From: an uncultured Alphaproteobacteria bacterium
GTDB taxonomy: Bacteria > Pseudomonadota > Alphaproteobacteria > HIMB59 > GCA-002718135
Direction: 5' to 3'
DNA: 64,000 bases
Assembly: GCA_902521315.1 (NCBI GenBank)
Contig: CABYRH010000008.1
Location: forward strand, 18,066-82,065
The notes below the pieces were generated by a model that made no database searches, was not told the origin of the DNA, and saw only the letters and a program-made list of their open reading frames with translations. Position numbers and translations under genes: made by a program. Positions 33,391 to 42,946 of the stretch are shown here, piece by piece; within the stretch, counting starts at the first letter, position 1; each line of letters starts with the position of its first letter.

Positions 33391-34766
33391 TGAAATATTT
33401 AAGTACAAGAGATGATTCTCTAAGAAGATCATTTAACGATATTCTTTATCAAGGATTATCAAGAGATGGTGGTCTATATTTACCCCAAAGCTGGCCCAAA
33501 ATAGACTTACTAAGTTTAAAAAATAAATCATACGAAGAAGTGGCATGTGAGATTATTTTTCCTTATGTAAATGAAAGTATAGAAAAATTAGATTTACAAA
33601 AAATTTTAAATAAAACTTATTCAAATTTTAATCATGAAAAAATAGCTCCACTAGTAGAACTAGAAAATAATAAATTTTTATTAGAATTAATTTATGGGCC
33701 TACTTATGCTTTTAAAGATTACGCTTTACAATTTCTTGGTAATCTATTTTCTACAAGTCTAGAGATGTCTCCAAAAAAAATTACTGTTTTAGGTGCAACT
33801 TCTGGTGATACTGGATCAGCTGCAATTCACTCTTTTAAATCAAAAAAAGATATAAATGTATTTATTCTACATCCTCATAATAAAGTATCACCTATTCAAC
33901 AAAAACAAATGACTACAGTAATTGATAAAAATATTTTTAACATTGCTGTAGAGGGTAATTTTGATGATTGTCAAAAAATTGTCAAAGAACTATTTGTAGA
34001 TGATGAAATACAAGAGTCTACTTCTTTAACTGCAGTAAACTCTATAAATTGGGCACGATTAATTGCCCAAGTTGTTTATTATTTTTGGTCTTATTTACAA
34101 ACTGATAAGCAGAAAATTAATTTTATTGTTCCTTCAGGAAATTTTGGCAATATTTTTTCAGCTTTTGTTGCTAAACAAATGGGATTACCTATTGGTCACT
34201 TACATATTGCAACTAATTCTAATGATATCTTGAAGTCTATAGTAGACACTGGAGAAATGAAAAAAAAATCTGTTTTTCAAACATATAGTCCTAGTATGGA
34301 TATACAAGTTTCAAGTAACTTTGAGAGGCAAATTTTTGAAAGTCTCAATAGAGACAGCAAAAGAGTAAATGAAGTATTTGAAAGTTTTTCATCAAAAGGT
34401 TTTTATCAATTCGATGACTCTGTTTTAGCTAAGTTTCAGCAAATATATAAGGCTTCCTCAATTGATGATAGTCAGACTCTGGAAACAATTAAATATGTAT
34501 ATGAAAAATTTAATTATATTGCTGATCCACATACTGCAACAGGATTAAAAGTATTATTAGATAAAAAAGATGATGAAGCATGGGTATCTTTGGTTTGTGC
34601 ACATCCTGCAAAATTTGACAAAGCTGTGAATAAAGCAATTAATAAAGAAATTGAAATACCAAAAGAATTGAGCAATCTCTTTGATAAAGAGGAAAAGATG
34701 ACTATATTACCCAATAGTACTATGGATGTAAAAAACCTCATCTTAGAAAAAACAAGCAATGCATAA
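33390..34766 (+). CDS. thrC: Threonine synthase
   Basis: YLSTR, GPTYAFKD, ATSGDTG, NSINWAR, VPSGNFGN. Confidence 0.96.
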   Translation: MKYLSTRDDSLRRSFNDILYQGLSRDGGLYLPQSWPKIDLLSLKNKSYEEVACEIIFPYVNESIEKLDLQKILNKTYSNFNHEKIAPLVELENNKFLLELIYGPTYAFKDYALQFLGNLFSTSLEMSPKKITVLGATSGDTGSAAIHSFKSKKDINVFILHPHNKVSPIQQKQMTTVIDKNIFNIAVEGNFDDCQKIVKELFVDDEIQESTSLTAVNSINWARLIAQVVYYFWSYLQTDKQKINFIVPSGNFGNIFSAFVAKQMGLPIGHLHIATNSNDILKSIVDTGEMKKKSVFQTYSPSMDIQVSSNFERQIFESLNRDSKRVNEVFESFSSKGFYQFDDSVLAKFQQIYKASSIDDSQTLETIKYVYEKFNYIADPHTATGLKVLLDKKDDEAWVSLVCAHPAKFDKAVNKAINKEIEIPKELSNLFDKEEKMTILPNSTMDVKNLILEKTSNA

Positions 34767-36012
34767 AATTACAACACTAGAAAACGGATTAAGAATAGTA
34801 ACCCAGAATATGCCAGGGCTGGAAACAGTTTCAATGGGTATATGGAATTTTGTTGGTGGTAGAGATGAAACAAAAGATATAAATGGTGTCGCTCACCTTT
34901 TAGAGCATATGGCTTTTAAGGGAACATCAACTAAAAACGCTCTTCAAATTGCCGAGACAATTGAAAATGTTGGCGGAGATATAAATGCCTATACTTCAAA
35001 GGAAATAACAGCTTATTATGTAAAACTCTTAGCTGATGATCTGCATTTTGGAATTGATATTCTGACAGATATTTTACAAAATTCTACATTTGCAGAAGAT
35101 GAACTTAATCGAGAAAGAGGAGTCATAATTCAAGAAATTGGAATGTACCTTGATACACCTGATGATATGATTTTTGATTATTGGCAAGAAAAAGCATACC
35201 CGGACCAACCAATGGGACGTTCTATATTGGGTAAAACTGATATCATTAAAAATATTTCAAGAGACGAAGTTAAAGACTTCATGATGAATCATTATAATCC
35301 AAAAAAAATGATTATAAGTGCAGCTGGAAAAATTGACCATGATCAATTTGTAGAATCAATTAAAAAATCATGCACTAATCTTCCAACTGGATTATCTACT
35401 GAAAGGGAAAAAGCAGATTATAAATCTGGAGAATACAGAGAAGATAAAAAATTAGAACAGATTCATATATTGCTTGGTTTTGAAGGTATAGATTACCACC
35501 ATGATGACTACTACTCTTTATTAGTCTACTCTTCTTTATTAGGGGGAGGTATGTCATCAAGATTGTTTCAAGAGATTAGAGAGAAACGTGGCCTTGTATA
35601 TGGTATTTCTTCTTTCAGCTCATCTTACACTGATACAGGTGTTTTTGGTATCTATTGTGGGACAGGAGAAAATCAAATTCAAGAACTCATACCTGTTTTA
35701 TGTGATCAATTAAACGAAAGTCCTAACTCAATTACAGAAAAGGAAATCAATAGAGGTAAAGCTCAGTTGAAAGCAAGTTTAATGATGGGAAGAGAAAGTG
35801 CATTTAGAAGATGTGAAAGTGCTGCTAGACAACTTCTGGTCTTTAATAGAATAATCGAACCCGCTGAAACTATTAAAAATATAGACAAGGTCTCTAAAGA
35901 GACTGTTCAAAAGATTGCTAATGAAATTGTAAAAGGGCCAATAACTATATCGAGTATTGGACCACTATCTAAACTTGAAAATATTGATAAAATACAAAAT
36001 CGTATTAACTAA
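34759..36012 (+). CDS. M16B-family zinc peptidase
   Basis: HLLEH (HxxEH), INAYTS, SSRLFQEIREKRGL. Confidence 0.94.
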   Translation: MHKITTLENGLRIVTQNMPGLETVSMGIWNFVGGRDETKDINGVAHLLEHMAFKGTSTKNALQIAETIENVGGDINAYTSKEITAYYVKLLADDLHFGIDILTDILQNSTFAEDELNRERGVIIQEIGMYLDTPDDMIFDYWQEKAYPDQPMGRSILGKTDIIKNISRDEVKDFMMNHYNPKKMIISAAGKIDHDQFVESIKKSCTNLPTGLSTEREKADYKSGEYREDKKLEQIHILLGFEGIDYHHDDYYSLLVYSSLLGGGMSSRLFQEIREKRGLVYGISSFSSSYTDTGVFGIYCGTGENQIQELIPVLCDQLNESPNSITEKEINRGKAQLKASLMMGRESAFRRCESAARQLLVFNRIIEPAETIKNIDKVSKETVQKIANEIVKGPITISSIGPLSKLENIDKIQNRIN

Positions 36013-36037
36013 TTCGTTCAAAAATTTAGAAAATTTT

Positions 36038-37540
36038 ATGATTAAGTTTGCAACTTTTTTTTTAATTACGATATTTCTATCAACTACTGCAATAACAAAA
36101 GAGATATATCCTTTTCAAGGTGGTCAAGGATTTGATACCAAGTACTTGTGGGATAAAAATTTGAATGGTAAGAAAAAATGGCTTCTACCAAAAAAAATGC
36201 TTAAGGATCAATTTCTAGCGAAACTCTTAGCGTATGATAAAACCCAATTTTGGTTTACAATGCATGATTTTATTGCAACAGGAGATTTCAACAGAGATGG
36301 TGTTCAAGATTACGTAGTAACAGTTTTAAATCTTGATAAGCAATTCAAAGCAAAATTAGACGAAGATCAAGGAATCTATGTCTGTAAAGCTAATAAAGAT
36401 GCCGGTGCTTGTTTGGCAGAGAAAGGTGTTACACAACATAACTATCAAATTATTCTTGGTAAAAAAGAAACTGGAAGAGCTGAAGGAAAAGAGTCATATT
36501 GGGGTACAGGTTTAATACAAGACAATTTACCATTTATTCAAAGTGGAACTGCACAACCACTTATTGCAGATTTCAATGGAGACGGTTGGGACGACATTTA
36601 TTTGGCAGCGGCCGTTAATGATTTTGGAACAGGTTGCGGTGGGTATCATTCTTATTTCTTGTCACAGCCTGAGGGATTCTTAAAAGAGTCAAGTGAAACG
36701 CATATTGGTAAAGGAAAAGATTTCAACAAAAAATATAATAGAATTTGTAATTATTCACACAGAGCCGATACAGGTGACTTTGATAAAGATGGTGATTTTG
36801 ACATCATTCTTGCAAGTATTGATTGGAAAGGCAAAAACGGTGAAATGATTTGTCTTATCAACGACGGCAAAGGTAATATGAGAAGTTCAACTTGTGGTAA
36901 TCAATTTGCCTTTATTGTAAGACACGCAGATTTTAATGGTGATGGACACATCGATATGTTGGCTGGTGCTCATAGTTCAGATTGTTTTAAATATCATAGC
37001 AATTGGAAGGGTCATCAAAAAAGTTCTAAAAACAGACACAGTCTAAGAATTCTTTGGGGTAATGGTACTAACAAATGGAACACCAAAAATTCAAAAGAAA
37101 TAAAAAATGTAGGATATCACACAAAGACTAAAGATAATATTCCGCTATGTATGCCAGTAGGAACTATGGTTGCTGATGTTGATAACGATGGTGATATGGA
37201 TTTAGTAGGTTCAACTATTGGTCTTAATTATGTTGGAGGTTATTTAATTACTTACTTGAATGATGGTAAGGGTAACTTCACAATCGGCTGGCAACAATCA
37301 ATACATAGCGTAACTAAATATAACAAAGAGAATTGGCCTATGTCAGAGGTTAATCACGATGAGAATGGTTGGTACATATCAATACATCCTGCAGATATTA
37401 ACTTTGATGGTAATATAGACTTTATGGTTAACGGTCATTGGCTTAATCCCGGCAATAATGATGTTTATATAAATAATGGAGATGGAACTTTTAAAACAGT
37501 AAGTGATGTGGACTTGAGAAAGTACGCAAAAATATTCTAG
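36038..37540 (+). CDS. Secreted FG-GAP/VCBS-repeat (beta-propeller) protein
   Basis: Signal peptide from ATG 36038; six DxxxDGxxD repeats (DFNRDGVQD, DFNGDGWDD, DFDKDGDFD, DFNGDGHID, DVDNDGDMD, DINFDGNID). Confidence 0.85.
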   Translation: MIKFATFFLITIFLSTTAITKEIYPFQGGQGFDTKYLWDKNLNGKKKWLLPKKMLKDQFLAKLLAYDKTQFWFTMHDFIATGDFNRDGVQDYVVTVLNLDKQFKAKLDEDQGIYVCKANKDAGACLAEKGVTQHNYQIILGKKETGRAEGKESYWGTGLIQDNLPFIQSGTAQPLIADFNGDGWDDIYLAAAVNDFGTGCGGYHSYFLSQPEGFLKESSETHIGKGKDFNKKYNRICNYSHRADTGDFDKDGDFDIILASIDWKGKNGEMICLINDGKGNMRSSTCGNQFAFIVRHADFNGDGHIDMLAGAHSSDCFKYHSNWKGHQKSSKNRHSLRILWGNGTNKWNTKNSKEIKNVGYHTKTKDNIPLCMPVGTMVADVDNDGDMDLVGSTIGLNYVGGYLITYLNDGKGNFTIGWQQSIHSVTKYNKENWPMSEVNHDENGWYISIHPADINFDGNIDFMVNGHWLNPGNNDVYINNGDGTFKTVSDVDLRKYAKIF

Positions 37541-37578
37541 ATAAAAATCTTAAATATTGTTTAAATATATTTAAAAAA

Positions 37579-37785
37579 TTATTTTATTTTTAAATCCTCT
37601 TTTATTGAATGATTAAGTTCTCCATCTTCAGATGATAAATTCATAGACACTTTTATAGATTCACCTACTTTGATACTTCCTTCCGAAAATTTTTTTCGTA
37701 TGTAATTTTCTATTTCACGTTGCGAGCTAATGCCAACTTGTTTAAGAAATTTTCTAATCTCCAAATTTAAATTATCTTCATCCAT
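37579..37785 (-). CDS. Small conserved protein (DUF6494-like)
   Basis: IRKFLKQVGISSQREIE motif. Confidence 0.75.
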   Translation of the reverse strand: MDEDNLNLEIRKFLKQVGISSQREIENYIRKKFSEGSIKVGESIKVSMNLSSEDGELNHSIKEDLKIK

Positions 37786-37838
37786 GATTTACTATAAATT
37801 ATTTTGATAGATTCATTCAATAATGTTATTAATTTTAT

Positions 37839-38279
37839 ATGGAAACAGCTTGTTTTGAAACTAAACTTGGTTGGATTACAGTGAAAAGAAACAGAGGTAA
37901 TGTTTATTCACTTAGCTTTGGTAAAACAAATAAAACAATTGATTTAATTAACATTAAAAATCAGATTAATTTATATGCTTCTGGAAAACTTAAAAATTTT
38001 AAGATTAACTATTCTTTTGAAGGTTCCCCTTTACAAAAAAAAATTTGGAAAGAATTATCTAAAATTAAATATGGTAAAGTTTCAACATACGGAGAAATAG
38101 CAAAAAAAGTTGGTACGTCTCCAAGATATGTAGGTAATGTTTGTGGACAAAATAAACTTTTACTTATTATCCCTTGTCACCGTGTAATTCGTAGTGACGG
38201 TAAACTTGGAGGATTTTCTGGTAGAGGGGGAATCAAATTAAAAAAAAGATTACTCAACTTAGAACAAAGTGTCTCATAA
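37839..38279 (+). CDS. ogt: Methylated-DNA--protein-cysteine methyltransferase
   Basis: IPCHRVI active site. Confidence 0.92.
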   Translation: METACFETKLGWITVKRNRGNVYSLSFGKTNKTIDLINIKNQINLYASGKLKNFKINYSFEGSPLQKKIWKELSKIKYGKVSTYGEIAKKVGTSPRYVGNVCGQNKLLLIIPCHRVIRSDGKLGGFSGRGGIKLKKRLLNLEQSVS

Positions 38280-38997
38280 AATAATTATTCTTCAACATAC
38301 ACCCTTAGTAACACCTGGGTACTTTACCAAGTTAATGAATGAAGACTTAGTAGAAACAACTATTATTCGATTGGATGAAGGAGAAAAGATTCCTATTAAT
38401 CTTGATATATTTGATGGAATGATATGTTTAGGTGGACCAATGGATACTTGGATGGAAGAACAATATCCGTGGATGATTGATGAAAAAAACAAGATAAAGG
38501 AATTTGTTCTAAATAATCAAAAACCATATCTTGGAATCTGTTTAGGCTGTCAATTTTTAGGTGAAATTCTTGGAGGTAAAGTAATTAAATCTAATCCTCC
38601 AGAAATTGGGGTTTTAAATATTAATATTTTCGATAATAAAAAAAAGGATCAACTTTTTCAAAATTTTGATAATCAGATTAAAGCATTGCAATGGCATAGT
38701 TACGAAGTAAGTGAAATAAATAATTCTGAAGTTACTATTTTAGGTTCATCAGATATTACAAAATTTCAAATATTTAAGTATAAAAATCATGCTTATGGTA
38801 TTCAATTTCATATGGAAGTCGATAAAAACACAATCATTAAATGGTCCAAAGTTCCTGAATTAAAAAATGCTTTAGAAAAATATTTAGGAAAAAACTCCAT
38901 TGATGAACTTGATATATTGCTTAGAAATAATATTCAAGAAATGAACAATAATACTAAAAAATTATATGAAAATTTTAAAAATTTAATGACTACCTAA
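38269..38997 (+). CDS. Class I glutamine amidotransferase-like protein
   Basis: LGGP, GICLGCQ, QFHME. Confidence 0.88.
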   Translation: MSHKIIILQHTPLVTPGYFTKLMNEDLVETTIIRLDEGEKIPINLDIFDGMICLGGPMDTWMEEQYPWMIDEKNKIKEFVLNNQKPYLGICLGCQFLGEILGGKVIKSNPPEIGVLNINIFDNKKKDQLFQNFDNQIKALQWHSYEVSEINNSEVTILGSSDITKFQIFKYKNHAYGIQFHMEVDKNTIIKWSKVPELKNALEKYLGKNSIDELDILLRNNIQEMNNNTKKLYENFKNLMTT

Positions 38998-39031
38998 AAG
39001 TTTCATGTTTAAATAGTTTTGGAGAAAATTT

Positions 39032-40084
39032 ATGAAAAAAATTAAAGGACCTGCAATATTTTTAGCACAGTTTATAGGCGATAAAGAACCATTTAATTCA
39101 CTACCTAGTATATGTAAATGGGTATCTGATCTTGGATATAAAGGAATTCAATTGCCAGCAGAAAATTTAGCAGTTTTTGATTTGGATAAAGCAGCTTCGA
39201 GTAAAGATTACTGTGATGAAATAAAAGGAATAGCAAAAAATTTTAATCTTGAAATAACTGATATTGCATCTCATCTAACCGGTCAATTGGTTGCAGTTCA
39301 TCCTGCTTATGACACACTCTTTGATGGTTTTGCTGCTGATGAGGTAAAGGGTAATCCAAAAGCTAGACAAGAATGGGCAGTAAAAAGGATGATGAATGTC
39401 GCTCAAGCATCAAAAAACTTAAATTTAAAAACTGCTGCTACATTTTCTGGTGCTTTATGTTGGCCTTTTCTTTATCCATTTCCTCAAAGACCTGAAGGTT
39501 TAGAAGATGAAGCTTTTGGTGAATTAGCAAAAAGATGGCATCCAATTTTAGATAAATTTGATGAGTGTGGAGTAGATCTTTGTTACGAAATTCACCCTAG
39601 TGAGGATTTACACGATGGTTCAACTTTCGAAATGTTTTTAGACAGAGTAAATAATCATAAACGTTGTAATATGTTGTATGACCCAAGTCATTATGTTCTC
39701 CAATGTTTAAACTATCTTGATCACATTGATATTTACCATGAAAGAATCAAAATGTTTCATGTTAAAGATGCAGAATTTAATCCGTCTGGTAGGCAAGGAG
39801 TTTACGGAGGTTATCAATCATGGATAAACAGAGCAGGAAGATTCAGATCACTTGGTGATGGGCAGGTTGATTTTAAATCAATTTTTTCAAAACTATCTGG
39901 TTATAATTTTGATGGATGGGCAGTTTTAGAGTGGGAATGCTGTATTAAAAGCCCTGAACAAGGTGCAGCTGAAGGAGCTCCATTTATTCAAAATCACATT
40001 ATTGAAGTTACAGACAAAGCATTTGATGATTTTGCAAGTTCTGGAACGGACGAGCAAGCTAACAAAAAGATTTTAGGTATATAA
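39032..40084 (+). CDS. Sugar phosphate isomerase/epimerase (AP-endonuclease-2 TIM barrel)
   Basis: YEIH, YDPSH, FHVKD, VLEWE metal ligands. Confidence 0.88.
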   Translation: MKKIKGPAIFLAQFIGDKEPFNSLPSICKWVSDLGYKGIQLPAENLAVFDLDKAASSKDYCDEIKGIAKNFNLEITDIASHLTGQLVAVHPAYDTLFDGFAADEVKGNPKARQEWAVKRMMNVAQASKNLNLKTAATFSGALCWPFLYPFPQRPEGLEDEAFGELAKRWHPILDKFDECGVDLCYEIHPSEDLHDGSTFEMFLDRVNNHKRCNMLYDPSHYVLQCLNYLDHIDIYHERIKMFHVKDAEFNPSGRQGVYGGYQSWINRAGRFRSLGDGQVDFKSIFSKLSGYNFDGWAVLEWECCIKSPEQGAAEGAPFIQNHIIEVTDKAFDDFASSGTDEQANKKILGI

Positions 40085-40093
40085 GGAGTAATT

Positions 40094-41245
40094 ATGGGAA
40101 GAAGATTAAAACTTGGGATGATAGGTGGTGGCCAAGGAGCTTTTATTGGAGCCGTGCATCGTCTATGTGCAAGGATGGATGATAAGTATGAATTTGTTGC
40201 TGGTTGTTTATCTTCAACTCCTGAAAAAGCAGCTAAGTCTGCTGAAGAAATTGGTCTTGATCCTTCAAGAAGTTACCCTGATTTTAAAACTATGGTTGAA
40301 GAAGAATCTAAAAGAGATGACGGTATTGAAGTAGTATCCATTGTTACACCAAATCATATGCATGCTGCACCAGCAATAGAATTTCTAAATAAAAATATTC
40401 ATGTTATTTGTGATAAACCTATGACTTCTACAATGGAAGATGCTCATAAATTAGTTGAAGCAGTCTCTAAATCTGATGCTCATTTTTTCTTAACTCATAA
40501 TTATTCCGGATATCCAGTTGTTAGAGGTATGAGATCACTTATTGAAAATGGAGCACTAGGGAAAATAAGAATTATTAAAGGATCTTATCTTCAGGGTTGG
40601 CTTGGCTCAAAAGAAGAAGATTCAGGTTCTAATAAACAAGCAGAATGGAGAACTGATCCTTCAAGAAGTGGAGCTGCAGGAAGTGTGGGTGATATAGGAA
40701 GTCATGCTATGCATTTGTTAGAATTTATTACCCAATTAAAATTACAATCAGTTAGTGCAGATCTAACTACATTTGTTGAAGGAAGAAAATTAGATGATGA
40801 TGCTTCTATAATGATCAGATTAAATAATGGAGCTAAGGGATCATTATCTATCTCTCAAGTTGCAACAGGTGAAGAAAATAATTTTAGTGTTGCTATTTAT
40901 GGTGACAAGGGTGCATTGAAATGGAGTCAAGAAAATCCAAATTATGCAACATTTAATCAAGTAGGGGAGGCGAGTCAGATAATAACTAGAGGCGGTTCGA
41001 TTAAAGTTGAAGGAAGTGAAGCTAATGTCCGAATCCCTGCTGGTCACCCAGAAGGATATCTTGAGGCATTTGCACAAATCTATTCAGATGCTGCAGATGT
41101 TATTCAAAATAAAAAAAATAAGGAAGAATTATTAAAGATGCTTCCAAATATTGATGATGGTTTGCACATAATGAAATTTATTAATGCTACTGTAGATTCG
41201 AGTAATAATAATTCTAAGTGGATAAATTTATCTGAAATAAATTGA
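40094..41245 (+). CDS. Gfo/Idh/MocA-family oxidoreductase
   Basis: GGGQGAFIG.VH, ICDKP, GDIGSHA, PAGHPEGY. Confidence 0.9.
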   Translation: MGRRLKLGMIGGGQGAFIGAVHRLCARMDDKYEFVAGCLSSTPEKAAKSAEEIGLDPSRSYPDFKTMVEEESKRDDGIEVVSIVTPNHMHAAPAIEFLNKNIHVICDKPMTSTMEDAHKLVEAVSKSDAHFFLTHNYSGYPVVRGMRSLIENGALGKIRIIKGSYLQGWLGSKEEDSGSNKQAEWRTDPSRSGAAGSVGDIGSHAMHLLEFITQLKLQSVSADLTTFVEGRKLDDDASIMIRLNNGAKGSLSISQVATGEENNFSVAIYGDKGALKWSQENPNYATFNQVGEASQIITRGGSIKVEGSEANVRIPAGHPEGYLEAFAQIYSDAADVIQNKKNKEELLKMLPNIDDGLHIMKFINATVDSSNNNSKWINLSEIN

Positions 41246-41350
41246 TATTTTGGCAGTATTATTAGTTTTTTTTATATATGCAAATATTGCATACCAATAT
41301 TCTCTTAAATATTCTTACTAAAATTCAATAATAAACTAATTCACTTATCA

Positions 41351-41401
41351 CGTTCATCACTCTTTTAGGGTGACGGAAGTAGACGAAAGTCGAAGGAACG
41401 C
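41351..41401 (+). ncRNA. glnA-motif (glutamine-I) riboswitch aptamer 1 of amtB copy 1
   Basis: P1 CGTTC/GAACG+C; P2 TCACTCT-TTT-AGGGTGA; CGGAAGTA..GAAG E-loop; P3 GAC-GAAA-GTC. Confidence 0.88.
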
Positions 41402-41417
41402 ATGCAAAGTTATAAAT

Positions 41418-41468
41418 CGTTCAATTTGCCCTTAGGCAAATCGGAAGTAGGTTAAACCGAAGGAACGC
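41418..41468 (+). ncRNA. glnA-motif riboswitch aptamer 2 of amtB copy 1
   Basis: P1 CGTTC/GAACG+C; P2 ATTTGCC-CTTA-GGCAAAT; CGGAAGTA-GGT-TAA-ACC-GAAG. Confidence 0.88.
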
Positions 41469-41560
41469 GGATCTTAGTAATTAATTTCCATAGCTAAGCA
41501 TGAAAAGTAACGCATGACTCAATGTGAGCCATGTACTGTGAAATTTATAATGGAGGATTA

Positions 41561-42847
41561 ATGTTAAAAAAATCTATATATTTCATTAGCATTATTGCCG
41601 TCTTTATGCTCTTTAGTTCATACGCGAGAGCAGAAGTAGATGGTGAAGTGCAATACATTTTAAATACATTCCTATTTCTTGTATCTGGGTTCTTAGTCAT
41701 GTGGATGGCAGCAGGATTTGCAATGCTTGAATCAGGACTTGTAACGTCTAAAAGTGTAGCAACAATAGCTGCAAAAAATATAGGCTTATATTCTATAGCT
41801 GGTTTAATGTTCTGGTTAGTTGGATATAACATGGCATATGGCATTCCTGCTGGTGGCTTTATTGGATCTCCACTTCCTTGGAGTGATGGTAGTGCTCTAG
41901 ATACAGGTTATTCAGATGGTTCTGACTGGTTCTTTCAGATGGTATTTTGTGCAACAACTTGCTCAATCGTATCTGGAACACTAGCTGAAAGAATCAAAAT
42001 TTGGCCATTTTTTATTTTTTGTGCTTTATTAACTGGTTTCATTTATCCAATCGAAATGGGTTGGCAGTGGGGTGGAGGATACCTAGCGGAAGCAGGTTTC
42101 TCAGATTTTGCTGGATCAACCTTAGTACATAGTGCAGGAGCAGCAGCAGCACTTGCTGGTGCAATTTTGTTAGGTCCAAGATTAGGACGTTTTACTGATA
42201 GTGGTGAAGCAGCTCCAATGGAGCCTTTTGCAAATTCATCAATTCCTCTTGCAACCTTAGGTGTATTTATCCTATGGCTTGGATGGTTCGGGTTTAATGG
42301 TGGATCACAATTAGCTATGGGTACATTTGATGATGTAACAGCAGTAGCAACAATATATATTAATACTAACCTGGCAGCTGGTGCAGGTGTAATGGCTTGT
42401 GCTGTTATTTCTAGACTAGTAACAGGTAAAACAGATGTTGTAATGATGCTTAATGGAGCATTAGGTGGTCTTGTAGCAATAACTGCAGAACCATTAGCTC
42501 CTTCTCCTTTCCTAGCAGTAATCATTGGTGCAATAGGTGGATTAATCGTCTTCTACGGAACAAGACTTTTAATATCTCTTAAAATCGATGATGTTGTTGG
42601 AGCAATTCCAGTACATGGTTTTGCTGGAATTTTTGGAACATTAGTAGTTCCAATTTCAAACACTGCAGCAAGTTTTGGTGCACAACTTTACGGAATTATA
42701 GCAATTAACGTTTTCGTTTTTGTTGTATCATTTATTATTTGGTACATCATGAAAATGCTCTTTGGTATTAGAATTAGTGAAGAAGCTGAAAAACTTGGTA
42801 CTGATAAATCTGAAGTAGGTGTAATGGCTTACAGCATCAGAGACTAA
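41561..42847 (+). CDS. amtB: Ammonium transporter (paralog 1)
   Basis: DFAGSTLVH, LWLGWFGFNGGS, IDDVVGAIPVH; GGAGG RBS supports ATG 41561. Confidence 0.96.
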   Translation: MLKKSIYFISIIAVFMLFSSYARAEVDGEVQYILNTFLFLVSGFLVMWMAAGFAMLESGLVTSKSVATIAAKNIGLYSIAGLMFWLVGYNMAYGIPAGGFIGSPLPWSDGSALDTGYSDGSDWFFQMVFCATTCSIVSGTLAERIKIWPFFIFCALLTGFIYPIEMGWQWGGGYLAEAGFSDFAGSTLVHSAGAAAALAGAILLGPRLGRFTDSGEAAPMEPFANSSIPLATLGVFILWLGWFGFNGGSQLAMGTFDDVTAVATIYINTNLAAGAGVMACAVISRLVTGKTDVVMMLNGALGGLVAITAEPLAPSPFLAVIIGAIGGLIVFYGTRLLISLKIDDVVGAIPVHGFAGIFGTLVVPISNTAASFGAQLYGIIAINVFVFVVSFIIWYIMKMLFGIRISEEAEKLGTDKSEVGVMAYSIRD

Positions 42848-42896
42848 TGAATTTAGTGATTAGCACATCAACTCCTTATAGTTGGTCACTAAAAAA

Positions 42897-42918
42897 TGGG
42901 AGAGCATTTGCTCTCCCA
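42897..42918. terminator. Hairpin after amtB1 (terminator-like)
   Basis: TGGGAGAGC-ATTT-GCTCTCCCA flanked by A tracts on both sides (U tract lies on minus strand). Confidence 0.7.
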
Positions 42919-42946
42919 AAAATGAAAAATATTATTGAGATATCTA

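Noticed and set aside
35957-36037. Upstream start of FG-GAP protein
   Set aside because: Overlaps the M16 peptidase; signal peptide begins at ATG 36038.
41250-41293. Sigma54 promoter or NtrC site before amtB1
   Set aside because: TTGGCA lacks a correctly spaced TTGC; palindrome spacing TGCA-N5-TGCA does not match NtrC TGCA-N9-TGCA.
41531-41560. ORF-track N-terminal extension of amtB1
   Set aside because: GGAGG lies before ATG 41561, and the paralog aligns from there.
42043-42525. 160 aa antisense ORF (also 41545-41844) within amtB1
   Set aside because: Shadow of a codon-biased membrane gene; no motifs.
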